NCBI GenBank assembly: GCA_964016885.1
Contig: OZ024743.1
Coordinates: 186,062,001 to 186,126,000, forward strand
Direction: 5' to 3'
Origin: Eledone cirrhosa
Taxonomy: Eukaryota
DNA: 64,000 nt
The position numbers were made by a program, and so were the translations under genes. How positions within the stretch are numbered: position 1 is the first letter of the stretch; each line of letters begins with the position of its first letter. Under the pieces are notes generated by a model. That model was not told where the DNA came from, ran no database searches, and was given only the letters and a program-made list of their open reading frames with translations. Shown here piece by piece: positions 28,501 through 46,500 of this stretch.

Positions 28501-31500
28501 ACATTACTATCCTACAACAGTCTTATCCCACTACATTACTATCCTACAACAGTCTTATCCCACTACATTACTATCCTACCACAGTCTTATCCCACTACAT
28601 TACTATTCTACAACAGTCTTATCCCACTACATTACTATCCTACAACAGTCTTATTCCACTACATTACTATTCTACTTAAGTCTTATCCCACTACATTACT
28701 ATTCTACAACAGTCTTATCCCACTACATTACTATTCTACAACAGTCTTATCCCACTACATTACTATCCTACAACAGTCTTATCCCACTACATTACTATCC
28801 TACAACAGTCTTATCCCACTACATTACTATCCTACCACAGTCTTATCCCACTACATTACTATTCTACAACAGTCTTATTCCACTACATTACTATCCTACA
28901 ACAGTCTTATCCCACTACATTACTATCCTACAACAGTCTTATCCCACTACATTACTATCCTACAACAGTCTTATCCCACTACATTACTATCCTACTTAAG
29001 TCTTATTCCACTACATTACTATCCTAGAACAGTCTTATTCCACTACATTACTATCCTACTTAAGTCTTATCCCACTACATTACTATCCTACTTAAGTCTT
29101 ATTCCTCTATATTACTATCCTACAACAGTCTTATTCCACTACATTACTATCCTACAATAGTCTTATCCCACTACATTACTATTCTACTTAAGTCTTATTC
29201 CACTACATTACTATTCTACTTAAGTCTTATCCCACTACATTACTATCCTACAACAGTCTTATCCCACTACATTACTATTCTACTTAAGTCTTATCCCACT
29301 ACATTACTATCCTACTTATGTCTTATCCCACTACATTACTATTCTACTTAAGTCTTATCTCACTACATTACTATCCTACAACAGTCTTATCCCACTACAT
29401 TACTATTCTACTTAAGTCTTATCCCACTACATTACTATTCTACTTAAGTCTTATCCCACTACATTACTATCCTACAACAGTCTTATCCCACTACATTACT
29501 ATTCTACTTAAGTCTTATCCCACTACATTACTATCCTACTTATGTCTTATCCCACTACATTACTATTCTACTTAAGTCTTATCTCACTACATTACTATCC
29601 TACAACAGTCCTATCCCACTACATTACTATTCTGCTTAAGTCTTATCCCACTACATTACTATTCTACTTAAGTCTTATCCCACTACATTACTATCCTACA
29701 ACAGTCTTATCCCACTACATTACTACTCTACTTAAGTCTTATCCCACTACATTACTATTCTACTTAAGTCTTATCCCACTACTTTACTATCCTACTTAAG
29801 TCTTATCCCACTACATTACTATCCTACAACAGTCTTATCCCACTACATTACTATCCTACAACAGTCTTATCCCACTACATTACTATTCTACTTAAGTCTT
29901 ATTCCACTACATTACTATCCTACTTAAGTCTTATCCCACTACATTACTATCCTACTTAAGTCTTATCCCACTATATTACTATCCTACAACAGTCTTATCC
30001 CACTACATTACTATCCTACTTAAGTCTTATCCCACTACATTACTATCCTACTTAAGTCTTATCCCACTACATTACTATCCTACAACAGTCTTATCCCACT
30101 ACATTACTATCCTACAACAGTCTTATCCCACTACATTACTATTCTACTTAAGTCTTATCCTACTACATTACTATCCTACTTAAGTCATATCCCACTACAT
30201 TACTATCCTACTCAAGTCTTATCCCACTACATTACTATTCTACTTAAGTCTTATCCCACTACATTACTATCCTACTTAAGTCTTATCCCACTACATTACT
30301 ATCCTACAACAGTCTTATCCCACTACATTACTATCCTACTTAAGTCTTATCCCACTACATTACTATCCTACAACAGTCTTATTCCACTACATTACTATCC
30401 GACTTAAGTCTTATCCTACTACATTACTATTCTACTTAAGTCTTATCCCACTACATTACTATCCTACAACAGTCTTATCCCACTACATTACTATCCTACT
30501 TAAGTCTTATCCCACTACATTACTATTTTACTTAAGTCTTATCCCACTACATTACTATTCTACTTAAGTCTTATTACACTACATTACTATCCTACTTAAG
30601 TCTTATCCCACTACATTACTATTCTACTTAAGTCTTATCCCACTACATTACTATTCTACTTAAGTCTTATTCCACTACATGACTATCCTACTTAAGTCTT
30701 ATCCCACTACATTACTATTCTACTTAAGTCTTATCCCACTACATTACTATCCTACAACAGTCTTATCCCACTACATTACTATCCTACAACAGTCTTATCC
30801 CACTACATTACTATCCTACAACAGTCTTATCCCACTACATTACTATCCTACCACAGTCTTATCCCACTACATTACTATTCTACAACAGTCTTATCCCACT
30901 ACATTACTATCCTACAACAGTCTTATTCCACTACATTACTATTCTACTTAAGTCTTATCCCACTACATTACTATCCTACAACAGTCTTATCCCACTACAT
31001 TACTATCCTACAACAGTCTTATCCCACTACATTACTATCCTACAACAGTCTTATCCCACTACGTTACTATCCTACAACAGTCTTATCCCACTACATTACT
31101 ATCCTACTTAAGTCTTATTCCACTACATTACTATCCTAGAACAGTCTTATTCCACTACATTACTATCCTACAACAGTCTTATCCCACTACATTACTATCC
31201 TACAACAGTCTTATCCCACTACGTTACTATCCTACAACAGTCTTATCCCACTACATTACTATCCTACTTAAGTCTTATCCCACTACATTACTATCCTACT
31301 TAAGTCTTATTCCTCTACATTACTATCCTACAACAGTCTTATCCCACTACCTTACTATCCTACAATAGTCTTATCCCACTACATTACTATCCTACAACAG
31401 TCTTATCCCACTACATTACTATCCTACAACAGTCTTATCCCACTACATTACTATTCTACTTAAGTCTTTACCCACTACATTACTATCCTACAACAGTCTT

Positions 31501-34500
31501 ATTCCACTACATTACTATCCTACAATAGTCTTATCCCACTACATTACTATTCTACTTAAGTCTTATTCCACTACATTACTATTCTACTTAAGTCTTATCT
31601 CACTACATTACTATTCTACTTAAGTCTTATCCCACTACATTACTATCCTACAACAGTCTTATCCCACTACCTTACTATCCTACAATAGTCTTATCCCACT
31701 ACATTACTATCCTACAACAGTCTTATCCCACTACATTACTATCCTACAACAGTCTTATCCCACTACATTACTATTCTACTTAAGTCTTTACCCACTACAT
31801 TACTATCCTACAACAGTCTTATCCCACTACATTACTATCCTACAACAGTCTTATCCCACTACATTACTATCCTACAACAGTCTTATCCCACTACATTACT
31901 ATTCTACAACAGTCTTATCCCACTACATTACTATCCTACAACAGTCTTATTCCACTACATTACTATTCTACTTAAGTCTTATCCCACTACATTACTATCC
32001 TACAACAGTCTTATCCCACTACATTACTATCCTACAACAGTCTTATCCCACTACATTACTATCCTACAACTGTCTTATCCCACTACATTACTATCCTACA
32101 ACAGTCTTATCCCACTACATTACTATCCTACTTAAGTCTTATTCCACTACATTACTATCCTAGAACAGTCTTATTCCACTACATTACTATCCTAGAACAG
32201 TCTTATTCCACTACATTACTATCCTACAACAGTCTTATCCCACTACATTACTATCCTACTTAAGTCTTATTCCTCTATATTACTATCCTACAACAGTCTT
32301 ATTCCACTACATTACTATCCTACAATAGTCTTATCCCACTACATTACTATTCTACTTAAGTCTTATTCCACTACATTACTATTCTACTTAAGTCTTATCC
32401 CACTACATTACTATCCTACAACAGTCTTATCCCACTACATTACTATTCTACTTAAGTCTTATCCCACTACATTACTATCCTACTTATGTCTTATCCCACT
32501 ACATTACTATTCTACTTAAGTCTTATCTCACTACATTACTATCCTACAATAGTCCTATCCCACTACATTACTATTCTGCTTAAGTCTTATCCCACTACAT
32601 TACTATTCTACTTAAGTCTTATCCCACTACATTACTATCCTACAACAGTCTTATCCCACTACATTACTATTCTACTTAAGTCTTATCCCACTACATTACT
32701 ATTCTACTTAAGTCTTATCCCACTACTTTACTATCCTACTTAAGTCTTATCCCACTACATTACTATCCTACAACAGTCTTATCCCACTACATTACTATCC
32801 TACAACAGTCTTATCCCACTACATTACTATTCTACTTAAGTCTTATTCCACTACATTACTATCCTACTTAAGTCTTATCCCACTACATTACTATCCTACT
32901 TAAGTCTTATCCCACTACATTACTATCCTACAACAGTCTTATCCCACTACATTACTATCCTACAACAGTCTTATCCCACTACATTACTATTCTACTTAAG
33001 TCTTATCCTACTACATTACTATCCTACTTAAGTCATATCCCACTACATTACTATCCTACTCAAGTCTTATCCCACTACATTACTATTCTACTTAAGTCTT
33101 ATCCCACTACATTACTATCCTACTTAAGTCTTATCCCACTACATTACTATCCTACAACAGTCTTATCCCACTACATTACTATCCTACTTAAGTCTTATCC
33201 CACTACATTACTATCCTACAACAGTCTTATTCCACTACATTACTATCCTACTTAAGTCTTATCCTACTACATTACTATTCTACTTAAGTCTTATCCCACT
33301 ACATTACTATCCTACAACAGTCTTATCCCACTACATTACTATCCTACTTAAGTCTTATCCCACTACATTACTATTTTACTTAAGTCTTATCCCACTACAT
33401 TACTATTCTACTTAAGTCTTATTACACTACATTACTATCCTACTTAAGTCTTATCCCACTACATTACTATTCTACTTAAGTCTTATCCCACTACATTACT
33501 ATTCTACTTAAGTCTTATTCCACTACATGACTATCCTACTTAAGTCTTATCCCACTACATTACTATTCTACTTAAGTCTTATCCCACTACATTACTATCC
33601 TACAACAGTCTTATCCCACTACATTACTATTCTACTTAAGTCTTATCCCACTACATTACTATTCTTCTTAAGTCTTATCCCACTACATTACTATCCTACA
33701 ACAGTCTTATCCCACTACATTACCATTCTACTTAAGTCTTATCCCACTACATTACTATCCTACTTAAGTCTTATACCACTACATTACTATCCTACAACAG
33801 TCTTATCCCACTACATTACTATCCTACAACAGTCTTATCCCACTACATTACTATCCTACAACAGTCTTATCCCACTACATTACTATTCTACTTAAGTCTT
33901 ATTCCACTACATTACTATCCTACAACAGTCTTATCCCACTACATTACTATCCTACAACAGTATTATCCCACTACATTACTATCCTACAACAGTCTTATCC
34001 CACTACATTACTATTCTACAACAGTCTTATTCCACTACATTACTATTCTACTTAAGTCTTATCCCACTACATTACTATCCTACAACAGTCTTATCCCACT
34101 ACATTACTATCCTACAACAGTCTTATCCCACTACATTACTATCCTACAACAGTCTTATCCCACTACATTACCATTCTACTTAAGTCTTATCCCACTACAT
34201 TACTATCCTACTTAAGTCTTATACCACTACATTACTATCCTACAACAGTCTTATCCCACTACATTACTATCCTACAACAGTCTTATCCCACTACATTACT
34301 ATTCTACTTAAGTCTTATTCCACTACATTACTATCCTACAACAGTCTTATCCCACTACATTACTATCCTACAACAGTCTTATCCCACTACATTACTATCC
34401 TACAACAGTCTTATCCCACTACATTACTATTCTACAACAGTCTTATTCCACTACATTACTATTCTACTTAAGTCTTATTCCACTACATTACTATCCTACA

Positions 34501-37500
34501 ACAGTCTTATCCCACTACATTACTATCCTACAACAGTCTTATCCCACTACATTACTATCCTACAACAGTCTTATCCCACTACATTACTATTCTACTTAAG
34601 TCTTATCCCACTACATTACTATTCTACTTAAGTCTTATCCCACTACATTACTATCCCACTACCTAACTATTCTACTTAAGTCTTATCCCACTACATTACT
34701 ATCCTACAACAGTCTTATCCCACCACATTACTATTCTACTTAAGTCTTATCCCACTACATTACTATTCTACTTAAGTCTTATCCCACTACATTACTATCC
34801 TACAACAGTCTTATCCCACCACATTACTATTCTACTTAAGTCTTATCCCACTACATTACTATTCTACTTAAGTCTTATCCCACTACATTACTATCCCACT
34901 ACATTACTATTCTACTTAAGTCTTATCCCACTACTTTACTATTCTACTTAAGTCTTATCCCACTACATTACTATCCTACAACAGTCTTATCCCACTACAT
35001 TACTATTCTACTTAAGTCTTATTCCACTACATTACTATTCTACTTAAGTCTTATCCCACTACATTACTATCCTACTTAAGTCTTATCCCACTACATTACT
35101 ATCCTACAACAGTCTTATCCCACTACATTACTATCCTACAACAGTCTTATCCCACTACATTACTATCCTACTTAAGTCTTATCCCACTACATTACTATCC
35201 TACAACAGTCTTATTCCACTACATTACTATCCTACTTAAGTCTTATCCTACTACATTACTATTCTACTTAAGTCTTATCCCACTACATTACTATCCTACA
35301 ACAGTCTTATCCCACTACATTACTATCCTACTTAAGTCTTATCCCACTACATTACTATTTTACTTAAGTCTTATCCCACTACATTACTATTCTACTTAAG
35401 TCTTATTACACTACATTACTATCCTACTTAAGTCTTATCCCACTACATTACTATTCTACTTAAGTCTTATCCCACTACATTACTATTCTACTTAAGTCTT
35501 ATTCCACTACATGACTATCCTACTTAAGTCTTATCCCACTACATTACTATTCTACTTAAGTCTTATCCCACTACATTACTATCCTACAACAGTCTTATCC
35601 CACTACATTACTATCCTACAACAGTCTTATCCCACTACATTACTATCCTACAACAGTCTTATCCCACTACATTACTATCCTACCACAGTCTTATCCCACT
35701 ACATTACTATTCTACAACAGTCTTATCCCACTACATTACTATCCTACAACAGTCTTATTCCACTACATTACTATTCTACTTAAGTCTTATCCCACTACAT
35801 TACTATCCTACAACAGTCTTATCCCACTACATTACTATCCTACAACAGTCTTATCCCACTACATTACTATCCTACAACAGTCTTATCCCACTACGTTACT
35901 ATCCTACAACAGTCTTATCCCACTACATTACTATCCTACTTAAGTCTTATTCCACTACATTACTATCCTAGAACAGTCTTATTCCACTACATTACTATCC
36001 TACAACAGTCTTATCCCACTACATTACTATCCTACAACAGTCTTATCCCACTACGTTACTATCCTACAACAGTCTTATCCCACTACATTACTATCCTACT
36101 TAAGTCTTATCCCACTACATTACTATCCTACTTAAGTCTTATTCCTCTACATTACTATCCTACAACAGTCTTATCCCACTACCTTACTATCCTACAATAG
36201 TCTTATCCCACTACATTACTATCCTACAACAGTCTTATCCCACTACATTACTATCCTACAATAGTCTTATCCCACTACATTACTATCCTACAACAGTCTT
36301 ATCCCACTACATTACTATCCTACAACAGTCTTATCCCACTACATTACTATTCTACTTAAGTCTTTACCCACTACATTACTATCCTACAACAGTCTTATTC
36401 CACTACATTACTATCCTACAATAGTCTTATCCCACTACATTACTATTCTACTTAAGTCTTATTCCACTACATTACTATTCTACTTAAGTCTTATCTCACT
36501 ACATTACTATTCTACTTAAGTCTTATCCCACTACATTACTATCCTACAACAGTCTTATCCCACTACCTTACTATCCTACAATAGTCTTATCCCACTACAT
36601 TACTATCCTACAACAGTCTTATCCCACTACATTACTATCCTACAACAGTCTTATCCCACTACATTACTATTCTACTTAAGTCTTTACCCACTACATTACT
36701 ATCCTACAACAGTCTTATCCCACTACATTACTATCCTACAACAGTCTTATCCCACTACATTACTATCCTACAACAGTCTTATCCCACTACATTACTATTC
36801 TACTTAAGTCTTTACCCACTACATTACTATCCTACAACAGTCTTATTCCACTACATTACTATCCTACAATAGTCTTATCCCACTACATTACTATTCTACT
36901 TAAGTCTTATTCCACTACATTACTATTCTACTTAAGTCTTATCTCACTACATTACTATTCTACTTAAGTCTTATCCCACTACATTACTATCCTACAACAG
37001 TCTTATCCCACTACCTTACTATCCTACAATAGTCTTATCCCACTACATTACTATCCTACAACAGTCTTATCCCACTACATTACTATCCTACAACAGTCTT
37101 ATCCCACTACATTACTATTCTACTTAAGTCTTTACCCACTACATTACTATCCTACAACAGTCTTATCCCACTACATTACTATCCTACAACAGTCTTATCC
37201 CACTACATTACTATCCTACAACAGTCTTATCCCACTACATTACTATTCTACAACAGTCTTATCCCACTACATTACTATCCTACAACAGTCTTATTCCACT
37301 ACATTACTATTCTACTTAAGTCTTATCCCACTACATTACTATCCTACAACAGTCTTATCCCACTACATTACTATCCTACAACAGTCTTATCCCACTACAT
37401 TACTATCCTACAACTGTCTTATCCCACTACATTACTATCCTACAACAGTCTTATCCCACTACATTACTATCCTACTTAAGTCTTATTCCACTACATTACT

Positions 37501-40500
37501 ATCCTAGAACAGTCTTATTCCACTACATTACTATCCTAGAACAGTCTTATTCCACTACATTACTATCCTACAACAGTCTTATCCCACTACATTACTATCC
37601 TACTTAAGTCTTATTCCTCTATATTACTATCCTACAACAGTCTTATTCCACTACATTACTATCCTACAATAGTCTTATCCCACTACATTACTATTCTACT
37701 TAAGTCTTATTCCACTACATTACTATTCTACTTAAGTCTTATCCCACTACATTACTATCCTACAACAGTCTTATCCCACTACATTACTATTCTACTTAAG
37801 TCTTATCCCACTACATTACTATCCTACTTATGTCTTATCCCACTACATTACTATTCTACTTAAGTCTTATCTCACTACATTACTATCCTACAACAGTCCT
37901 ATCCCACTACATTACTATTCTGCTTAAGTCTTATCCCACTACATTACTATTCTACTTAAGTCTTATCCCACTACATTACTATCCTACAACAGTCTTATCC
38001 CACTACATTACTATTCTACTTAAGTCTTATCCCACTACATTACTATTCTACTTAAGTCTTATCCCACTACTTTACTATCCTACTTAAGTCTTATCCCACT
38101 ACATTTCTATCCTACAACAGTCTTATCCCACTACATTACTATCCTACAACAGTCTTATCCCACTACATTACTATTCTACTTAAGTCTTATTCCACTACAT
38201 TACTATCCTACTTAAGTCTTATCCCACTACATTACTATCCTACTTAAGTCTTATCCCACTATATTACTATCCTACAACAGTCTTATCCCACTACATTACT
38301 ATCCTACTTAAGTCTTATCCCACTACATTACTATCCTACTTAAGTCTTATCCCACTACATTACTATCCTACAACAGTCTTATCCCACTACATTACTATCC
38401 TACAACAGTCTTATCCCACTACATTACTATTCTACTTAAGTCTTATCCTACTACATTACTATCCTACTTAAGTCATATCCCACTACATTACTATCCTACT
38501 CAAGTCTTATCCCACTACATTACTATTCTACTTAAGTCTTATCCCACTACATTACTATCCTACTTAAGTCTTATCCCACTACATTACTATCCTACAACAG
38601 TCTTATCCCACTACATTACTATCCTACTTAAGTCTTATCCCACTACATTACTATCCTACAACAGTCTTATTCCACTACATTACTATCCTACTTAAGTCTT
38701 ATCCTACTACATTACTATTCTACTTAAGTCTTATCCCACTACATTACTATCCTACAACAGTCTTATCCCACTACATTACTATCCTACTTAAGTCTTATCC
38801 CACTACATTACTATTTTACTTAAGTCTTATCCCACTACATTACTATTCTACTTAAGTCTTATTACACTACATTACTATCCTACTTAAGTCTTATCCCACT
38901 ACATTACTATTCTACTTAAGTCTTATCCCACTACATTACTATTCTACTTAAGTCTTATTCCACTACATGACTATCCTACTTAAGTCTTATCCCACTACAT
39001 TACTATTCTACTTAAGTCTTATCCCACTACATTACTATCCTACAACAGTCTTATCCCACTACATTACTATTTTACTTAAGTCTTATCCCACTACATTACT
39101 ATTCTTCTTAAGTCTTATCCCACTACATTACTATCCTACAACAGTCTTATCCCACTACATTACCATTCTACTTAAGTCTTATCCCACTACATTACTATCC
39201 TACTTAAGTCTTATACCACTACATTACTATCCTACAACAGTCTTATCCCACTACATTACTATCCTACAACAGTCTTATCCCACTACATTACTATCCTACA
39301 ACAGTCTTATCCCACTACATTACTATTCTACTTAAGTCTTATTCCACTACATTACTATCCTACAACAGTCTTATCCCACTACATTACTATCCTACAACAG
39401 TATTATCCCACTACATTACTATCCTACAACAGTCTTATCCCACTACATTACTATTCTACAACAGTCTTATTCCACTACATTACTATTCTACTTAAGTCTT
39501 ATCCCACTACATTACTATCCTACAACAGTCTTATCCCACTACATTACTATCCTACAACAGTCTTATCCCACTACATTACTATCCTACAACAGTCTTATCC
39601 CACTACATTACCATTCTACTTAAGTCTTATCCCACTACATTACTATCCTACTTAAGTCTTATACCACTACATTACTATCCTACAACAGTCTTATCCCACT
39701 ACATTACTATCCTACAACAGTCTTATCCCACTACATTACTATTCTACTTAAGTCTTATTCCACTACATTACTATCCTACAACAGTCTTATCCCACTACAT
39801 TACTATCCTACAACAGTCTTATCCCACTACATTACTATCCTACAACAGTCTTATCCCACTACATTACTATTCTACAACAGTCTTATTCCACTACATTACT
39901 ATTCTACTTAAGTCTTATTCCACTACATTACTATCCTACAACAGTCTTATCCCACTACATTACTATCCTACAACAGTCTTATCCCACTACATTACTATCC
40001 TACAACAGTCTTATCCCACTACATTACTATTCTACTTAAGTCTTATCCCACTACATTACTATTCTACTTAAGTCTTATCCCACTACATTACTATCCCACT
40101 ACCTAACTATTCTACTTAAGTCTTATCCCACTACATTACTATCCTACAACAGTCTTATCCCACCACATTACTATTCTACTTAAGTCTTATCCCACTACAT
40201 TACTATTCTACTTAAGTCTTATCCCACTACATTACTATCCTACAACAGTCTTATCCCACCACATTACTATTCTACTTAAGTCTTATCCCACTACATTACT
40301 ATTCTACTTAAGTCTTATCCCACTACATTACTATCCCACTACATTACTATTCTACTTAAGTCTTATCCCACTACTTTACTATTCTACTTAAGTCTTATCC
40401 CACTACATTACTATCCTACAACAGTCTTATCCCACTACATTACTATTCTACTTAAGTCTTATTCCACTACATTACTATTCTACTTAAGTCTTATCCCACT

Positions 40501-43500
40501 ACATTACTATCCTACTTAAGTCTTATCCCACTACATTACTATCCTACAACAGTCTTATCCCACTACATTACTATCCTACAACAGTCTTATCCCACTACAT
40601 TACTATTCTACTTAAGTCTTATTCCACTACATTACTATTCTACTTAAGTCTTATCCCACTACATTACTATCCTACTTAAGTCTTATCCCACTACATTACT
40701 ATTCTACTTAAGTCTTATCCCACTACATTACTATCCTACTTAAGTCTTATCCCACTACATTACTATTCTACTTAAGTCTTATCCCACTACATTACTATCC
40801 TACAACAGTCTTATCCCACTACATTACTATTCTACTTAAGTCTTATCCCACTACATTAATGTCCTACAACAGTCTTATCCCACTGCATTACTATTCTACA
40901 ACAGTCTTATCCCACTACATTACTATCCTACAACAGTCTTATCCCACTACATTACTATCCTACTTAAGTCTTATCCCACTACATTACTATCCTACAACAG
41001 TCTTATCCCACTACATTACTATTCTACTTAAGTCTTATCCCACTACATTACTATCCTACAACAGTCTTATCCCACTACATTACTATTCTACAACAGTCTT
41101 ATCCCACTACATTACTATCCTACAACAGTCTTATCCCACTACATTACTATCCTACAACAGTCTTATCCCACTACATTACTATCCTACCACAGTCTTATCC
41201 CACTACATTACTATTCTACAACAGTCTTATCCCACTACATTACTATCCTACAACAGTCTTATTCCACTACATTACTATTCTACTTAAGTCTTATCCCACT
41301 ACATTACTATTCTACAACAGTCTTATCCCACTACATTACTATTCTACAACAGTCTTATCCCACTACATTACTATCCTACAACAGTCTTATCCCACTACAT
41401 TACTATCCTACAACAGTCTTATCCCACTACATTACTATCCTACCACAGTCTTATCCCACTACATTACTATTCTACAACAGTCTTATTCCACTACATTACT
41501 ATCCTACAACAGTCTTATCCCACTACATTACTATCCTACAACAGTCTTATCCCACTACATTACTATCCTACAACAGTCTTATCCCACTACATTACTATCC
41601 TACTTAAGTCTTATTCCACTACATTACTATCCTAGAACAGTCTTATTCCACTACATTACTATCCTACTTAAGTCTTATCCCACTACATTACTATCCTACT
41701 TAAGTCTTATTCCTCTATATTACTATCCTACAACAGTCTTATTCCACTACATTACTATCCTACAATAGTCTTATCCCACTACATTACTATTCTACTTAAG
41801 TCTTATTCCACTACATTACTATTCTACTTAAGTCTTATCCCACTACATTACTATCCTACAACAGTCTTATCCCACTACATTACTATTCTACTTAAGTCTT
41901 ATCCCACTACATTACTATCCTACTTATGTCTTATCCCACTACATTACTATTCTACTTAAGTCTTATCTCACTACATTACTATCCTACAACAGTCTTATCC
42001 CACTACATTACTATTCTACTTAAGTCTTATCCCACTACATTACTATTCTACTTAAGTCTTATCCCACTACATTACTATCCTACAACAGTCTTATCCCACT
42101 ACATTACTATTCTACTTAAGTCTTATCCCACTACATTACTATCCTACTTATGTCTTATCCCACTACATTACTATTCTACTTAAGTCTTATCTCACTACAT
42201 TACTATCCTACAACAGTCCTATCCCACTACATTACTATTCTGCTTAAGTCTTATCCCACTACATTACTATTCTACTTAAGTCTTATCCCACTACATTACT
42301 ATCCTACAACAGTCTTATCCCACTACATTACTACTCTACTTAAGTCTTATCCCACTACATTACTATTCTACTTAAGTCTTATCCCACTACTTTACTATCC
42401 TACTTAAGTCTTATCCCACTACATTACTATCCTACAACAGTCTTATCCCACTACATTACTATCCTACAACAGTCTTATCCCACTACATTACTATTCTACT
42501 TAAGTCTTATTCCACTACATTACTATCCTACTTAAGTCTTATCCCACTACATTACTATCCTACTTAAGTCTTATCCCACTATATTACTATCCTACAACAG
42601 TCTTATCCCACTACATTACTATCCTACTTAAGTCTTATCCCACTACATTACTATCCTACTTAAGTCTTATCCCACTACATTACTATCCTACAACAGTCTT
42701 ATCCCACTACATTACTATCCTACAACAGTCTTATCCCACTACATTACTATTCTACTTAAGTCTTATCCTACTACATTACTATCCTACTTAAGTCATATCC
42801 CACTACATTACTATCCTACTCAAGTCTTATCCCACTACATTACTATTCTACTTAAGTCTTATCCCACTACATTACTATCCTACTTAAGTCTTATCCCACT
42901 ACATTACTATCCTACAACAGTCTTATCCCACTACATTACTATCCTACTTAAGTCTTATCCCACTACATTACTATCCTACAACAGTCTTATTCCACTACAT
43001 TACTATCCGACTTAAGTCTTATCCTACTACATTACTATTCTACTTAAGTCTTATCCCACTACATTACTATCCTACAACAGTCTTATCCCACTACATTACT
43101 ATCCTACTTAAGTCTTATCCCACTACATTACTATTTTACTTAAGTCTTATCCCACTACATTACTATTCTACTTAAGTCTTATTACACTACATTACTATCC
43201 TACTTAAGTCTTATCCCACTACATTACTATTCTACTTAAGTCTTATCCCACTACATTACTATTCTACTTAAGTCTTATTCCACTACATGACTATCCTACT
43301 TAAGTCTTATCCCACTACATTACTATTCTACTTAAGTCTTATCCCACTACATTACTATCCTACAACAGTCTTATCCCACTACATTACTATCCTACAACAG
43401 TCTTATCCCACTACATTACTATCCTACAACAGTCTTATCCCACTACATTACTATCCTACCACAGTCTTATCCCACTACATTACTATTCTACAACAGTCTT

Positions 43501-46500
43501 ATCCCACTACATTACTATCCTACAACAGTCTTATTCCACTACATTACTATTCTACTTAAGTCTTATCCCACTACATTACTATCCTACAACAGTCTTATCC
43601 CACTACATTACTATCCTACAACAGTCTTATCCCACTACATTACTATCCTACAACAGTCTTATCCCACTACGTTACTATCCTACAACAGTCTTATCCCACT
43701 ACATTACTATCCTACTTAAGTCTTATTCCACTACATTACTATCCTAGAACAGTCTTATTCCACTACATTACTATCCTACAACAGTCTTATCCCACTACAT
43801 TACTATCCTACAACAGTCTTATCCCACTACGTTACTATCCTACAACAGTCTTATCCCACTACATTACTATCCTACTTAAGTCTTATCCCACTACATTACT
43901 ATCCTACTTAAGTCTTATTCCTCTACATTACTATCCTACAACAGTCTTATCCCACTACCTTACTATCCTACAATAGTCTTATCCCACTACATTACTATCC
44001 TACAACAGTCTTATCCCACTACATTACTATCCTACAACAGTCTTATCCCACTACATTACTATTCTACTTAAGTCTTTACCCACTACATTACTATCCTACA
44101 ACAGTCCTTATTCCACTACATTACTATCCTACAATAGTCTTATCCCACTACATTACTATTCTACTTAAGTCTTATTCCACTACATTACTATTCTACTTAA
44201 GTCTTATCTCACTACATTACTATTCTACTTAAGTCTTATCCCACTACATTACTATCCTACAACAGTCTTATCCCACTACCTTACTATCCTACAATAGTCT
44301 TATCCCACTACATTACTATCCTACAACAGTCTTATCCCACTACATTACTATCCTACAACAGTCTTATCCCACTACATTACTATTCTACTTAAGTCTTTAC
44401 CCACTACATTACTATCCTACAACAGTCTTATCCCACTACATTACTATCCTACAACAGTCTTATCCCACTACATTACTATCCTACAACAGTCTTATCCCAC
44501 TACATTACTATTCTACAACAGTCTTATCCCACTACATTACTATCCTACAACAGTCTTATTCCACTACATTACTATTCTACTTAAGTCTTATCCCACTACA
44601 TTACTATCCTACAACAGTCTTATCCCACTACATTACTATCCTACAACAGTCTTATCCCACTACATTACTATCCTACAACTGTCTTATCCCACTACATTAC
44701 TATCCTACAACAGTCTTATCCCACTACATTACTATCCTACTTAAGTCTTATTCCACTACATTACTATCCTAGAACAGTCTTATTCCACTACATTACTATC
44801 CTAGAACAGTCTTATTCCACTACATTACTATCCTACAACAGTCTTATCCCACTACATTACTATCCTACTTAAGTCTTATTCCTCTATATTACTATCCTAC
44901 AACAGTCTTATTCCACTACATTACTATCCTACAATAGTCTTATCCCACTACATTACTATTCTACTTAAGTCTTATTCCACTACATTACTATTCTACTTAA
45001 GTCTTATCCCACTACATTACTATCCTACAACAGTCTTATCCCACTACATTACTATTCTACTTAAGTCTTATCCCACTACATTACTATCCTACTTATGTCT
45101 TATCCCACTACATTACTATTCTACTTAAGTCTTATCTCACTACATTACTATCCTACAATAGTCCTATCCCACTACATTACTATTCTGCTTAAGTCTTATC
45201 CCACTACATTACTATTCTACTTAAGTCTTATCCCACTACATTACTATCCTACAACAGTCTTATCCCACTACATTACTATTCTACTTAAGTCTTATCCCAC
45301 TACATTACTATTCTACTTAAGTCTTATCCCACTACTTTACTATCCTACTTAAGTCTTATCCCACTACATTACTATCCTACAACAGTCTTATCCCACTACA
45401 TTACTATCCTACAACAGTCTTATCCCACTACATTACTATTCTACTTAAGTCTTATTCCACTACATTACTATCCTACTTAAGTCTTATCCCACTACATTAC
45501 TATCCTACTTAAGTCTTATCCCACTATATTACTATCCTACAACAGTCTTATCCCACTACATTACTATCCTACTTAAGTCTTATCCCACTACATTACTATC
45601 CTACTTAAGTCTTATCCCACTACATTACTATCCTACAACAGTCTTATCCCACTACATTACTATCCTACAACAGTCTTATCCCACTACATTACTATTCTAC
45701 TTAAGTCTTATCCTACTACATTACTATCCTACTTAAGTCATATCCCACTACATTACTATCCTACTCAAGTCTTATCCCACTACATTACTATTCTACTTAA
45801 GTCTTATCCCACTACATTACTATCCTACTTAAGTCTTATCCCACTACATTACTATCCTACAACAGTCTTATCCCACTACATTACTATCCTACTTAAGTCT
45901 TATCCCACTACATTACTATCCTACAACAGTCTTATTCCACTACATTACTATCCTACTTAAGTCTTATCCTACTACATTACTATTCTACTTAAGTCTTATC
46001 CCACTACATTACTATCCTACAACAGTCTTATCCCACTACATTACTATCCTACTTAAGTCTTATCCCACTACATTACTATTTTACTTAAGTCTTATCCCAC
46101 TACATTACTATTCTACTTAAGTCTTATTACACTACATTACTATCCTACTTAAGTCTTATCCCACTACATTACTATTCTACTTAAGTCTTATCCCACTACA
46201 TTACTATTCTACTTAAGTCTTATTCCACTACATGACTATCCTACTTAAGTCTTATCCCACTACATTACTATTCTACTTAAGTCTTATCCCACTACATTAC
46301 TATCCTACAACAGTCTTATCCCACTACATTACTATTCTACTTAAGTCTTATCCCACTACATTACTATTCTTCTTAAGTCTTATCCCACTACATTACTATC
46401 CTACAACAGTCTTATCCCACTACATTACCATTCTACTTAAGTCTTATCCCACTACATTACTATCCTACTTAAGTCTTATACCACTACATTACTATCCTAC

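Noticed and set aside
44101-44112. Single C insertion ('acagtcctta') shifting the downstream register by 1 bp
   Set aside because: It is an isolated 1-bp homopolymer extension absent from the paralogous copy near 31.5 kb. It cannot be distinguished from sequencing error and carries no evident meaning.
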